This document shows positions 8,259 through 17,098 of a stretch of 29,794 nt of DNA, in pieces. The first letter of the stretch is position 1. Every line of letters starts with the position of its first letter. The notes under the pieces are model-generated. The model ran no database searches, was not told the DNA's origin, and saw only the letters and a list, made by a program, of their open reading frames with translations. The translations under genes and the position numbers were made by a program. This stretch comes from a virus. Where the stretch lies: positions 72,555-102,348 of the IMG/VR virus record IMGVR_UViG_3300020204_000022; one strand, written 5' to 3'.

Positions 8259-9511
8259 AACTTAAAATATTAGTTTTTCCTTGTGGTAGTGAAATTGGAT
8301 TAGAAATTTTCAATTCGTTGAATTCCATCAAAAACATAGAATTGTTTGGAGCTAGTAGTGTTGATGATAATGGAAAATTTGTTTTCCAAAATTATTTTGG
8401 AAATATTCCAATGCTTCATGAAAAAAATTTCATAGATTCAATTAAAAATTTAGTTTCTAAAAATAAAATAGATTACATTTATCCTTGTATGGATATAGCT
8501 ATTTTGAAATTAAAACAACACGAAAAAGAAATTGGATGCAAAATAATAAGCTCCCCTATTGAGACTGTCATAATTGCTTCAAGAAAAAGTTTAACGTATT
8601 CTAAATTAAAAAATATTATAAGAACACCAAAAATTTTATCTCCGGAAAAACCAGAATTCCCCATGTTTTCTAAACCAGATGTGGGGTCAAGCAGTAGAAA
8701 CACTCTTAAAGTTAATGATCCATTGGATCTTCAATATTCTCGCAAATTATATCCAGAGAATCTTCTTTTAGAATTTCTTCCGGGGGAAGAGTTTACTGTG
8801 GATTGCTTTACCGACAGAAATAGAAAACTTTTGTTCATTGGACCAAGAAAAAGAAAAAGAATTTCAAATGGAATCAGTGTTGGAACCGAAGAAATTGTGG
8901 ACATAAAAATAACGGAAATTGCACACAAGATAAATAATTCCATGATATTCAGTGGGTCTTGGTTTTTCCAGTTAAAAAAGGATAAAAATGAAGAATATTG
9001 TCTTTTAGAAATTGCGTGCAGATTTGGTGGATCTTCCGTTCTTAACAGAATTAAGGGAGTGAATTTTTCACATCTTAGCTTATTGAATGAATTTCAAAAT
9101 GTTCAAATTTTAAAAAATAATTATGATGTAGAAATTGGAAGAAGTCTGGATATTAAATGTAAAAGCAAATTAGAATATTCTAAAGTTTATATTGATTTCG
9201 ATGATACAATCATTATAAATAATGAAGTTAACCTGGATGCAATAAGATTTTTATATGACTGTTTCAACCGAGGGGTAAAGATTATCTTGATAACTAAACA
9301 TAAATATCCAATTAAAGAAACTTTGAAAAAATTCAAAATTCACGAAAGTTTATTTCATAGCATAATACAAATTCAACACTCGGATTCAAAATTCAATTAT
9401 ATAGAAAGTCAAGAATCAATATTCATCGACGATTCTTTCAAAGAATTGATGGATGTAAATAAAAATTTAAATATTCCAGTCATTTCAGTAGAAAACATAA
9501 AACATCTATGA
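8255..9511 (+). CDS. ATP-grasp ligase with C-terminal HAD-like domain
   Basis: KPDVGSSS, EFLPGEEFTVD, LLEIACRFGG; C-terminal IDFDDT..ILITK..IFIDDS. Confidence 0.82.
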   Translation: MKLKILVFPCGSEIGLEIFNSLNSIKNIELFGASSVDDNGKFVFQNYFGNIPMLHEKNFIDSIKNLVSKNKIDYIYPCMDIAILKLKQHEKEIGCKIISSPIETVIIASRKSLTYSKLKNIIRTPKILSPEKPEFPMFSKPDVGSSSRNTLKVNDPLDLQYSRKLYPENLLLEFLPGEEFTVDCFTDRNRKLLFIGPRKRKRISNGISVGTEEIVDIKITEIAHKINNSMIFSGSWFFQLKKDKNEEYCLLEIACRFGGSSVLNRIKGVNFSHLSLLNEFQNVQILKNNYDVEIGRSLDIKCKSKLEYSKVYIDFDDTIIINNEVNLDAIRFLYDCFNRGVKIILITKHKYPIKETLKKFKIHESLFHSIIQIQHSDSKFNYIESQESIFIDDSFKELMDVNKNLNIPVISVENIKHL

Positions 9512-10047
9512 ATAAAAAAATTGTTAGTGAATTAGATAACAAAAATCTTTTAATCATTAGGGAAAATGTTTCTAATTTCATTCGTGATCTCAGCTTAAAT
9601 CACGACCTCAAGGAAAATCGGGTTTTAGATATTGCTCCACAGAAATATTTAGGAGTAAAAGAATTTTTCAAAAATTCAAAAGTTTCCACTTTAGATATAG
9701 ACCCAAATTCTGGAGCTGATTATATATGTGATATTTGTGAAAGTAATCATCATTTAATACCAGATGAAACCTTTGATTTGGTTGTTTGTACAGAAGTTTT
9801 AGAACACGTCAATAACCCATTTCTTGCGGTTCAAGAACTACATAGAATCACAAAAAAAGGAGGTTTTGTTGGATCTTCTACCCCATTTAATTTCAGAATA
9901 CACGGACCACTCCCGGATAATTGGAGATTTACAGTTCACGGTTTGAATATTTTGTTTCAGAATTTTGAAAAGGTTGAAATTTCGGGAGTAGAAGATCCAG
10001 AAAGAAATTTGATGCCTATTCATTATACCATTTGTGCAATAAAATAA
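9508..10047 (+). CDS. class I SAM methyltransferase
   Basis: VLDIAP, TLDID, FDLVVCTEVLEHV..P, KKGG, D.WRFT. Confidence 0.88.
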   Translation: MNKKIVSELDNKNLLIIRENVSNFIRDLSLNHDLKENRVLDIAPQKYLGVKEFFKNSKVSTLDIDPNSGADYICDICESNHHLIPDETFDLVVCTEVLEHVNNPFLAVQELHRITKKGGFVGSSTPFNFRIHGPLPDNWRFTVHGLNILFQNFEKVEISGVEDPERNLMPIHYTICAIK

Positions 10048-10049
10048 AA

Positions 10050-11042
10050 ATGACAAAAAGAGCATATATAACCCACGTTACTGAGGAATATCTACCAGTT
10101 GCAAGAAATCTGGGGAAATCTTTAAAACTTTTTTCCGATTTAAATCTTTTGATTTATGTTCTAAATGCAAAAGAAAAATCCGATCAATTTTTTTCGGATT
10201 TGGAAAATGTTAAAATCAGAAATATTAATTTAAATTTAGAAAATTCATCTTCGAACGATTACACTTTTAATCCTTCTGGTAATTTTTACATCGATAGATC
10301 GAGATCTAGAATTTATAAAATTCTTTGTGCTAAAACTTTGGCTATGGAAATGGCTTTAGAAGAAGGATATGAAGAAATTTGCTACTTAGATTCTGATTGT
10401 ATTGCTACCCCTGTGGTGGATGAACTTTTCAACTGGATGAATTTAGTTACAGATTATCCCATTGGTACTGCAGGAATTCACGAGTACATGATAATCATAG
10501 AATCTAATGGATATCAAAGGGGGAATCCATTCGAAAATACCTGGCCTGAGGCAGATCACAAAAAAACTTTAGAATGGCCTTTGATGGAATTTTTACAAAT
10601 GCCAGAAGGATCTAGAGGAAACTACAGAACCACCGGGATTATGCTTATGAACAAAAATTGTTTACCTTTCATTAAAATTTGGAGCGAATTTTGTTTTATT
10701 CTGCCAAAACTAAATTTGAATTTAAACCATCTTGCAGCTTATCACGAAGAAACTATTTACAACGTTCTATCCTGGAAAAAAACAAATATAGGGTTTCCTC
10801 TCTGTTACATAAACTTGAGAGAAGGTTTGACCACAACAAAACACTTTTACGAAGAAGGACAACCTGGATTTTCTACCTGGATGACCGAAGAAAACCCAGA
10901 TTATTCTTTAAATTTTTATTCTATACCACCAGAAAAAAGAAATGTGAAAGTTCTCCATGGGGAAAAGAGGTCAGATGAAGCTGACCTAATTTTACAATAT
11001 CTCACAAAATTGAAAGATGCCAGATTCTTTGAAAGCTTCTAA
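10050..11042 (+). CDS. putative glycosyltransferase (GT-A, GT8-like)
   Basis: CYLDSD DxD motif, TGIMLMNK, EETIYN, LHGEK; paralogous in pattern to 21991-22842. Confidence 0.7.
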   Translation: MTKRAYITHVTEEYLPVARNLGKSLKLFSDLNLLIYVLNAKEKSDQFFSDLENVKIRNINLNLENSSSNDYTFNPSGNFYIDRSRSRIYKILCAKTLAMEMALEEGYEEICYLDSDCIATPVVDELFNWMNLVTDYPIGTAGIHEYMIIIESNGYQRGNPFENTWPEADHKKTLEWPLMEFLQMPEGSRGNYRTTGIMLMNKNCLPFIKIWSEFCFILPKLNLNLNHLAAYHEETIYNVLSWKKTNIGFPLCYINLREGLTTTKHFYEEGQPGFSTWMTEENPDYSLNFYSIPPEKRNVKVLHGEKRSDEADLILQYLTKLKDARFFESF

Positions 11043-11775
11043 TTTAGATTTATCTCTGTTAGTTCACACCTGTGATGCTTATCAAAAATTTTGGGGCGGG
11101 ATGTTATATTCACTCGATTTTAATTGGGACTATGATTTTGTCCCTGTTTTTTGGGCTAGTGAAGAAATCAACATTCACGAAATAGAAATGGATTGTCGGG
11201 GTTTACGTTATGAACCAAATAAAAAAATCACGACCATATTGACCGGAAAAACTGATAAAAATGGGTTTTCTAACAGGATGAAAATTGCCTTAGAAAAAAT
11301 TCATTCCAAATGGGTTATTTACATTCAGGAAGATATGTGGCTAATTTCCTATCCAGGAAATGAAATTCTACAGAAGTTGGTCAATTTTGCAGAAAATCAA
11401 AATGCAGATGGGATAAAAATTCACACAAAGTTACATTATTATGATGGATATGTTTTAGAATACACCCCATTCAAAATTGGGGGAGTTGATATTCTAAAAT
11501 ACTCACCAGGTGAAAATTATTTACACACCCACAATGCAACAATTTGGAATCGAGAATATTTAATTCAAAATCTTGTTGACGGAGAAGATCCCTGGACTAA
11601 TGAGATAAACGGTTCGAAAAGGATGTGTCAAAAACCACACAACCATTTTCATTATAATATACATTGGTATTCTCAACCTGGAATTTGTGAGATGGGTCAA
11701 GAATCCAGAGATTTTTTCACTTTAGCCCCTATTTTGGATGATAGAATGTCCTTGAAATTGAAATTCAAAAAATAG
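11017..11775 (+). CDS. putative glycosyltransferase-like protein
   Basis: LLVHTCDAY, VIYIQED, ATIWNRE, PWTNE pattern; cluster context. Confidence 0.55.
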   Translation: MPDSLKASNLDLSLLVHTCDAYQKFWGGMLYSLDFNWDYDFVPVFWASEEINIHEIEMDCRGLRYEPNKKITTILTGKTDKNGFSNRMKIALEKIHSKWVIYIQEDMWLISYPGNEILQKLVNFAENQNADGIKIHTKLHYYDGYVLEYTPFKIGGVDILKYSPGENYLHTHNATIWNREYLIQNLVDGEDPWTNEINGSKRMCQKPHNHFHYNIHWYSQPGICEMGQESRDFFTLAPILDDRMSLKLKFKK

Positions 11776-11824
11776 GGGAAATAAATACATGCAAGAACAA
11801 TAAAAAGTTTACAAAATTAAAACC

Positions 11825-12091
11825 ATGGTGAAAATTTTCAGAGAGATTAAAAAACCCACGGATTCTTTGTTGTTGCACTACCAGGATCAATTCATCAGAA
11901 ATCAAAACAAGTGGATTAGAAAATCTAAATTGACCCCAGAACATTTGCATCACGAATTCAAGATGGGTAAAACAAAATACAATCTTCGTGGGAGTTTAAA
12001 TCCAACAGAATTTATTCTTGAAGAAGTTGGTACCGGAAAATTTTTTATCGTAGATTCTCATCAGGTCGATTCTTGTATTTTGAAATCCTAA
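11825..12091 (+). CDS. hypothetical protein
   Basis: 88-aa ORF, ATG start, packed. Confidence 0.65.
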   Translation: MVKIFREIKKPTDSLLLHYQDQFIRNQNKWIRKSKLTPEHLHHEFKMGKTKYNLRGSLNPTEFILEEVGTGKFFIVDSHQVDSCILKS

Positions 12092-12095
12092 TATA

Positions 12096-12299
12096 ATGGT
12101 AACAACAGTTAAAACGAAGACACCAAAATCTCACTTGGAAGTTTGTACCCTAATAAATATGCACAGTTCCCTTATTATAGAATCAAAAATTCTTGGTGAA
12201 GAATTTTACGGTGTGTTTGTGATTGACACAGATCCAGAAACGGTGGATTCTTTTATTATTGCATCTGAAACAGATGTGTGCTGGGATTCTAATTTTTAA
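12096..12299 (+). CDS. hypothetical protein
   Basis: 67-aa ORF, ATG start, packed. Confidence 0.6.
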   Translation: MVTTVKTKTPKSHLEVCTLINMHSSLIIESKILGEEFYGVFVIDTDPETVDSFIIASETDVCWDSNF

Positions 12300-12318
12300 A
12301 AAAATCGGGTTTGTGTTG

Positions 12319-12326
12319 GATATATA
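12319..12326 (+). promoter_or_regulatory. putative late promoter GATATATA
   Basis: 8 nt upstream of ATG 12335. Confidence 0.55.
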
Positions 12327-12334
12327 GTCCAACT

Positions 12335-12730
12335 ATGGAACCTAACCCACTCGCCGATACCATACGTGCTATTTTGCACGAAGAACTTTCTCTTACTAGA
12401 ACAGTCCCTTCCAGCGATCTTAGAATTATTCAGATTGCTATGGAAGATCTTAAAAACTCTCAGGCAGAAATGAAAAGAGAGCTATCAGATATTAAGAGAA
12501 AATTGCTTGATCCAGATGATGGGGTTATAGTCAAGGTGAACGAAAACACCAGATTTCGAGCCGAATTTGAAAGAAGGCAAGAACGTGAAGACATTGCTTA
12601 TCAAAAGATGCTCTTAGAACACTCTGATCTTGTGAAATGGAAATCCGGGGTAAATAAAGCACTTTGGATTTTCTTCACCACACTAGTTGGTATTCTTGCA
12701 AAAATATTTTTCCTATCGGAAACACCTTAA
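12335..12730 (+). CDS. coiled-coil protein with C-terminal transmembrane helix (holin/XhlA-like topology)
   Basis: Heptad-like MEDLKNSQAEMKRELSDIK; hydrophobic ALWIFFTTLVGILAKIFFL tail; start moved to ATG 12335. Confidence 0.6.
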   Translation: MEPNPLADTIRAILHEELSLTRTVPSSDLRIIQIAMEDLKNSQAEMKRELSDIKRKLLDPDDGVIVKVNENTRFRAEFERRQEREDIAYQKMLLEHSDLVKWKSGVNKALWIFFTTLVGILAKIFFLSETP

Positions 12731-12733
12731 ATT

Positions 12734-12910
12734 ATGAAAACAGTTACACCACAATCAAAATATACCACACCCGATAATTTCATCAAGTGGTACGACCAAA
12801 AGATTTTTGGAACCAAAAAAGGGTCACTGGGATTGAAACATTCTACAGTGGGAAAATTGATGGGGTTTGAAGATTTTAAGAAAACTTTCACTGGTTTACA
12901 ATCTAAATAA
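12734..12910 (+). CDS. 58-aa peptide with DNFxKW motif (absent from the ORF track)
   Basis: MKTVTPQSKYTTPDNFIKWYDQKIFGTKKGSLGLKHSTVGKLMGFEDFKKTFTGLQSK; taaattATG context; fills the gap exactly. Confidence 0.75.
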   Translation: MKTVTPQSKYTTPDNFIKWYDQKIFGTKKGSLGLKHSTVGKLMGFEDFKKTFTGLQSK

Positions 12911-12927
12911 TTTCAATCCTCTTTTTG

Positions 12928-12965
12928 GAAATTTTTTTGACATTTGATGTATAAACAACATCAAA
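12928..12965 (+). promoter_or_regulatory. putative promoter GAAAT-N17-TATAA with inverted repeat TTTGATGT-N7-ACATCAAA
   Basis: Read directly upstream of the glutamine synthetase ATG. Confidence 0.5.
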
Positions 12966-12978
12966 ATTAAAATTTCTT

Positions 12979-14037
12979 ATGAAAATAAAATTGGAATATG
13001 TATGGCTTGATGGATATGAACCAGAGCCTAATTTGAGATCTAAAATAAAAATTTTAGATATTCCATTCGAGGGAGAAAGTTCATTTTCTCCAATGCACTG
13101 GGCAAGAAATAATTTTTCTAAAATTCCAGAATGGAATTTCGACGGTAGTTCTACCAGACAGGCAGAAGGAAAACTTTCCGATTGTATCCTAAAACCGGTT
13201 AAGATTTATCCAGACCCGCTCAAATCGGGATTTTCATTTCTTGTGTTATGCGAAGTTTTAAATTCGGATTATTCCCCCCACATATCAAATACTAGGGCAA
13301 AAATTTCAAATGACAATCAAGATGTGTGGTTTGGATTCGAACAGGAATATGTTTTGAGAAAGTTCGATAAAGGAAGAAGTCTTCCCTTGGGATTTGAAAG
13401 CTTCGAATTTCCGGAAGAACAAGGAAGATATTACTGTTCAGTAGGACATCCATATTCTTCTGGAGGAGGAATCCCAGAACAACATCTAGAAGCTTGTTTG
13501 GCTTGCGGAATCAATATTACCGGAATTAATGCAGAGGTGATGCTCGGACAATGGGAATATCAAATTTTTGGAACTGGGGAAAAAACAGCGGCAGACGACC
13601 TTTGGATATCTAGATTTCTTTTGCTTCGAATTGCAGAGTCTTGCAAAATAAAAGTTGATTTTCACCCAAAACCCATGCAAATAGGGGATTGGAATGGTTC
13701 TGGAATGCACACCAACTTTTCAACACACGGTATGAGGGAAACCGGCGGAAAAGAACTTTTTGATAAAATATGTGGAGAACTAGAAAAGTCACACGAAACA
13801 GCAATTGGATTTTATGGATCTGATAATCATCTGAGATTAACAGGAAACCACGAAACACAAGACATCGAAAAATTCAGCTGGGGGGTTAGCGATAGAGGTG
13901 CTTCAATTAGAATTCCCTTATCTACCTCTCAATCGTGGAAAGGATATTTGGAAGACCGGAGGCCAGGATCAAATGCAGACCCATACAAAGTCACCAATTA
14001 TCTTTGTGGAGTCCTGGAGTCAATTTCTGAAAAATAA
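12979..14037 (+). CDS. glnA: glutamine synthetase type II
   Basis: EYVWLDG, WNFDGSST.QA.G, GFEQEY, GINAEVM.GQWEYQ, DWNGSG.HTNFST, HET, RGASIRIP, YLEDRRP.SN.DPY; 352 aa is GSII size. Confidence 0.96.
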   Translation: MKIKLEYVWLDGYEPEPNLRSKIKILDIPFEGESSFSPMHWARNNFSKIPEWNFDGSSTRQAEGKLSDCILKPVKIYPDPLKSGFSFLVLCEVLNSDYSPHISNTRAKISNDNQDVWFGFEQEYVLRKFDKGRSLPLGFESFEFPEEQGRYYCSVGHPYSSGGGIPEQHLEACLACGINITGINAEVMLGQWEYQIFGTGEKTAADDLWISRFLLLRIAESCKIKVDFHPKPMQIGDWNGSGMHTNFSTHGMRETGGKELFDKICGELEKSHETAIGFYGSDNHLRLTGNHETQDIEKFSWGVSDRGASIRIPLSTSQSWKGYLEDRRPGSNADPYKVTNYLCGVLESISEK

Positions 14038-14042
14038 AAGAT

Positions 14043-14348
14043 ATGAAGACGAATTTTTCTTTCAGTGATGATCTTTCTTTTGAAGAGAAGGATAAATTTT
14101 GGTCGATAATCTATGCCCAGGTTTCAAAAGCAATCACAAAAAAACATGATTACACAATCATTTTTCAAATAGATGATAAAGAGGTTGGTGGCGAGGGTTA
14201 CTCCATCATTATTGAAAAACAAAATTTTGAACTTTTTCTTAAAAACTTTCTTCTTTGGTGCGAAGAATTAGAACGTTATGAAATTTGCTCAGAGGTAAAA
14301 AAACAAATACAAAAATTAAAAAAATGGAACATAAAGACTACAAGCTAG
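14043..14348 (+). CDS. hypothetical protein with UVR-like motif
   Basis: C-terminal EELERYEICSEVKKQI. Confidence 0.7.
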   Translation: MKTNFSFSDDLSFEEKDKFWSIIYAQVSKAITKKHDYTIIFQIDDKEVGGEGYSIIIEKQNFELFLKNFLLWCEELERYEICSEVKKQIQKLKKWNIKTTS

Positions 14349-14548
14349 CCAACTCAGCCTACGTTCAGGGGATGAGGGTTGAAAAAGGTGATATTCTGAG
14401 AGAATTATCAACCAGAAAAACTGTTAAGGTTTTGAACGTATACAAAAATTCACAGGATCAGACCCTTTTACAAGTGGAATATAATGCACCTGGTGACTTT
14501 GGTCTACCATTTCAAAAAACAGTTGATTCTTTTCAATTTTTGACCTGA
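14324..14548 (+). CDS. hypothetical protein
   Basis: ORF; start moved to ATG 14324. Confidence 0.65.
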   Translation: MEHKDYKLANSAYVQGMRVEKGDILRELSTRKTVKVLNVYKNSQDQTLLQVEYNAPGDFGLPFQKTVDSFQFLT

Positions 14549-14581
14549 TTCATCTGTTGTTATGAATATATAAGTGAGAAA

Positions 14582-14791
14582 ATGATTTTACTTATGTCTC
14601 AACCTAAATCAATCGAAGATCTAAATTGGGCTCTAGGAATTTATGCAGAACTTATAAAGAATGGAGAAAGAAGTTCTGCCTGGAAAGAAAATGAATCTTG
14701 TTTGGAAATTTTGGAATCATTTGAGGAATACGAAAAGTGCGAAGAATTATATCGGGTTCTAACCAAAAGGAAAGATCCAAGGAATAAATAA
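14582..14791 (+). CDS. hypothetical protein with UVR-like motif
   Basis: ESFEEYEKCEELYRVL; AATATATA box upstream. Confidence 0.7.
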   Translation: MILLMSQPKSIEDLNWALGIYAELIKNGERSSAWKENESCLEILESFEEYEKCEELYRVLTKRKDPRNK

Positions 14792-14802
14792 AAATAAAAA
14801 AA

Positions 14803-15063
14803 TTGGAAAACGAGCCAAAACTGGATCGAAATATTTATGAGAGTGCCCTTCAGAGAATGGAAAAAATGGGTTCTCGGGCTTTGATGCACCCACACCTGAT
14901 TCAAAGAAGGGAAATCATCAAAGCTTCCTTGTTATTGTACTACGAGTCAACGGAGGAATACGAGAAATGTAAATATGTAACCGAATTCTTTTTAAAATTA
15001 GAAAAGGATCTTCTCATTGAATCCATAGTGAAGTCAGCAGAGAAAAAAAATTTAGAATCTTAA
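14803..15063 (+). CDS. hypothetical protein with UVR-like motif
   Basis: YYESTEEYEKCKYV; TTG start after an A-rich leader. Confidence 0.7.
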   Translation: MENEPKLDRNIYESALQRMEKMGSRALMHPHLIQRREIIKASLLLYYESTEEYEKCKYVTEFFLKLEKDLLIESIVKSAEKKNLES

Positions 15064-15145
15064 AATTAATTTTTTCGAATTCGAAATTTTTCTTTTCAAC
15101 TTAAGTATATAGCAAAACCCGTTCGGGACAAAATATAAACAACCC

Positions 15146-16681
15146 ATGAGTTCATTTTCACTGAGAGATCTAGTTTTAAAGTATGAAGAAGAAATCCGAC
15201 AGTTACACCAGAACGGTCTAAGTAAAACTGATATTGCAAAAAAAATTGTAGAGGACAAACACATAACTTTAGGCTCTGCCCAATTGGATTCATTTCGTAG
15301 AGCAATTTCTTCTCGTTTAGCAGAGCCAGATTCGGAATCAGAAGTTGCAGAACACATACAGGAAAAATTTAAACACGAAGAGGTAGAGGATGAAGATTTA
15401 GAAAAAATGATTCAGGAAGAAGAATCTGCAGCTAGATCAGCATTTAAAAAGTACAAACATAGCACCGATTATTATTACGACGAATCCAAAGATTTATACA
15501 TCGTCTATATCAAAAATAAGGCATACAAATTTACTGGCACAATTATTCGTGACATGAAAAGCAGGTATTCTGCTTTAACCGGATCATCTGAATCTATAAA
15601 CGAGATTTGTAGAAATTTTGAAATTCCTCGAAACATCTTTGTTGCTTTGAAGACAATTTTGGGATGGACCCACGATTCTGAGCCTTTTACCGACGAGGAG
15701 ATGTTCATGAGAGGAGAGGAGGAAATGGTGGCAGATGCCTTGCAAAAAAGAAAATTTTCTTTCTTCCAGAAATATACGAGAGAAGAGGAAAAAATGATCA
15801 AAGAGGCGGCAAGCAATTGGTGGGCATTTAGGGGTTTAATCATCAATCCTTTAGTTGAAAAACTTTCCCAGGTTTTTGCCAAATATGAAGTACCCAAATT
15901 GAAATTACCTGAAGGAGATCCCCATTCATTAGTGATCTCCCCCTTCGATCTTCATTATGGAAAATATTCATGGTCTGGGGAAGTTAGGGAGGCATACAGT
16001 AGACAAACTGCTAAAGACCTTTTGATGGCAAAGACCGCAGAAATTTTGGCCGACGTTATCCATTACAATGTGGAAAAAATTGTAGTTCCTGTTGGATCTG
16101 ATTTTTTCCATGTCGATACTCTTGGTGGTACAACCACCAAAGGTACCCCACAAGATTGCGATGGAACCTTCATTCAAATTATGGTTGAAGGACAACAGCT
16201 CATGGTTGAATTCATTGACACTCTAAGACAGATAGCTCCTGTTGAAATTCTTTTAACCGCAGGAAATCACGATTTCAAACTTTCTCACGTTCTTTTACAA
16301 TATCTAGGTGCATATTATCGGAATTGCACTGATGTCAATGTTATCCGTTGTCACAAGTTCAGACAGTATTTTGAGTATGGTGAGAATCTGCTGGGCTTCA
16401 CACACGGAGATGGTACAAAGCTCCAAGAACTTCCCTATCTTATGGCTAACGAAGCACAAGAGGCTTGGGCCAGAACCAAACACAGGAGTTTTTTCACCGG
16501 ACACCTCCATCACGAAATGGTGAAAGATTATAAGGGGGTTAAAGTATTTCAAATGCCAAGTCTTTCGGGATCGGATAGGTGGCACCACAACCACGGATAT
16601 GAAGGATCTACCCGAGCATTACATGGTTATCTAATTCATCCTTCTAAGGGTTTGAAGGTTACCCTTATGGCCAATGTATAA
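15146..16681 (+). CDS. calcineurin-like metallophosphoesterase with N-terminal HTH-like regions
   Basis: DLHYG, GSDFFH, AGNHD, THGD, GHLHH; N-terminal GLSKTDIAKKI and SINEICRNFEI. Confidence 0.85.
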   Translation: MSSFSLRDLVLKYEEEIRQLHQNGLSKTDIAKKIVEDKHITLGSAQLDSFRRAISSRLAEPDSESEVAEHIQEKFKHEEVEDEDLEKMIQEEESAARSAFKKYKHSTDYYYDESKDLYIVYIKNKAYKFTGTIIRDMKSRYSALTGSSESINEICRNFEIPRNIFVALKTILGWTHDSEPFTDEEMFMRGEEEMVADALQKRKFSFFQKYTREEEKMIKEAASNWWAFRGLIINPLVEKLSQVFAKYEVPKLKLPEGDPHSLVISPFDLHYGKYSWSGEVREAYSRQTAKDLLMAKTAEILADVIHYNVEKIVVPVGSDFFHVDTLGGTTTKGTPQDCDGTFIQIMVEGQQLMVEFIDTLRQIAPVEILLTAGNHDFKLSHVLLQYLGAYYRNCTDVNVIRCHKFRQYFEYGENLLGFTHGDGTKLQELPYLMANEAQEAWARTKHRSFFTGHLHHEMVKDYKGVKVFQMPSLSGSDRWHHNHGYEGSTRALHGYLIHPSKGLKVTLMANV

Positions 16682-17098
16682 ATGAAATTCAATAATATGT
16701 CAGAATACGGTTCTTTTCAAATCGATCTTATAACATCAGAAAAAGCAGAAAAAGAAAAACTAGAATTTCTTCAATCGGAAATTTTGAAATTAAATTTCGA
16801 AAAAAATTTATTGGAAAAAATTTCGGACAGCATCGAGATAGGGAAAACTGGGTTTTGGGAAATTTTCTTGGAGGAGGATGGAATTGAAATCCTAGATGAT
16901 GAAGATTTCTCGAATTTGATCTTTACCCTAGAATCTATCTTTGGTGGATTTGACCAGGGATCAAATTATTCATATACAGTAGATCTTCCATATTCTTCCA
17001 AAGTTTGGAAGAAAGAATCTGACGGGTGGGATTTAATTTTTGAAGAGGAAAATCCATACGAAGAAGAAGAAGGTTTCAATCACTGGGACGATGAATGA
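16682..17098 (+). CDS. hypothetical acidic protein
   Basis: 138-aa ORF abutting the previous stop. Confidence 0.7.
   Translation: MKFNNMSEYGSFQIDLITSEKAEKEKLEFLQSEILKLNFEKNLLEKISDSIEIGKTGFWEIFLEEDGIEILDDEDFSNLIFTLESIFGGFDQGSNYSYTVDLPYSSKVWKKESDGWDLIFEEENPYEEEEGFNHWDDE

Noticed and set aside
346-11775. Bacterial capsule/O-antigen locus
   Set aside because: No wzx, wzy, wza or ABC export genes; interspersed with phage-type hypothetical genes and promoters
12943-12965. GlnR/TnrA or NtcA box upstream of glnA
   Set aside because: Spacing is TGT-N7-ACA, which fits neither TGTNA-N7-TNACA nor GTA-N8-TAC
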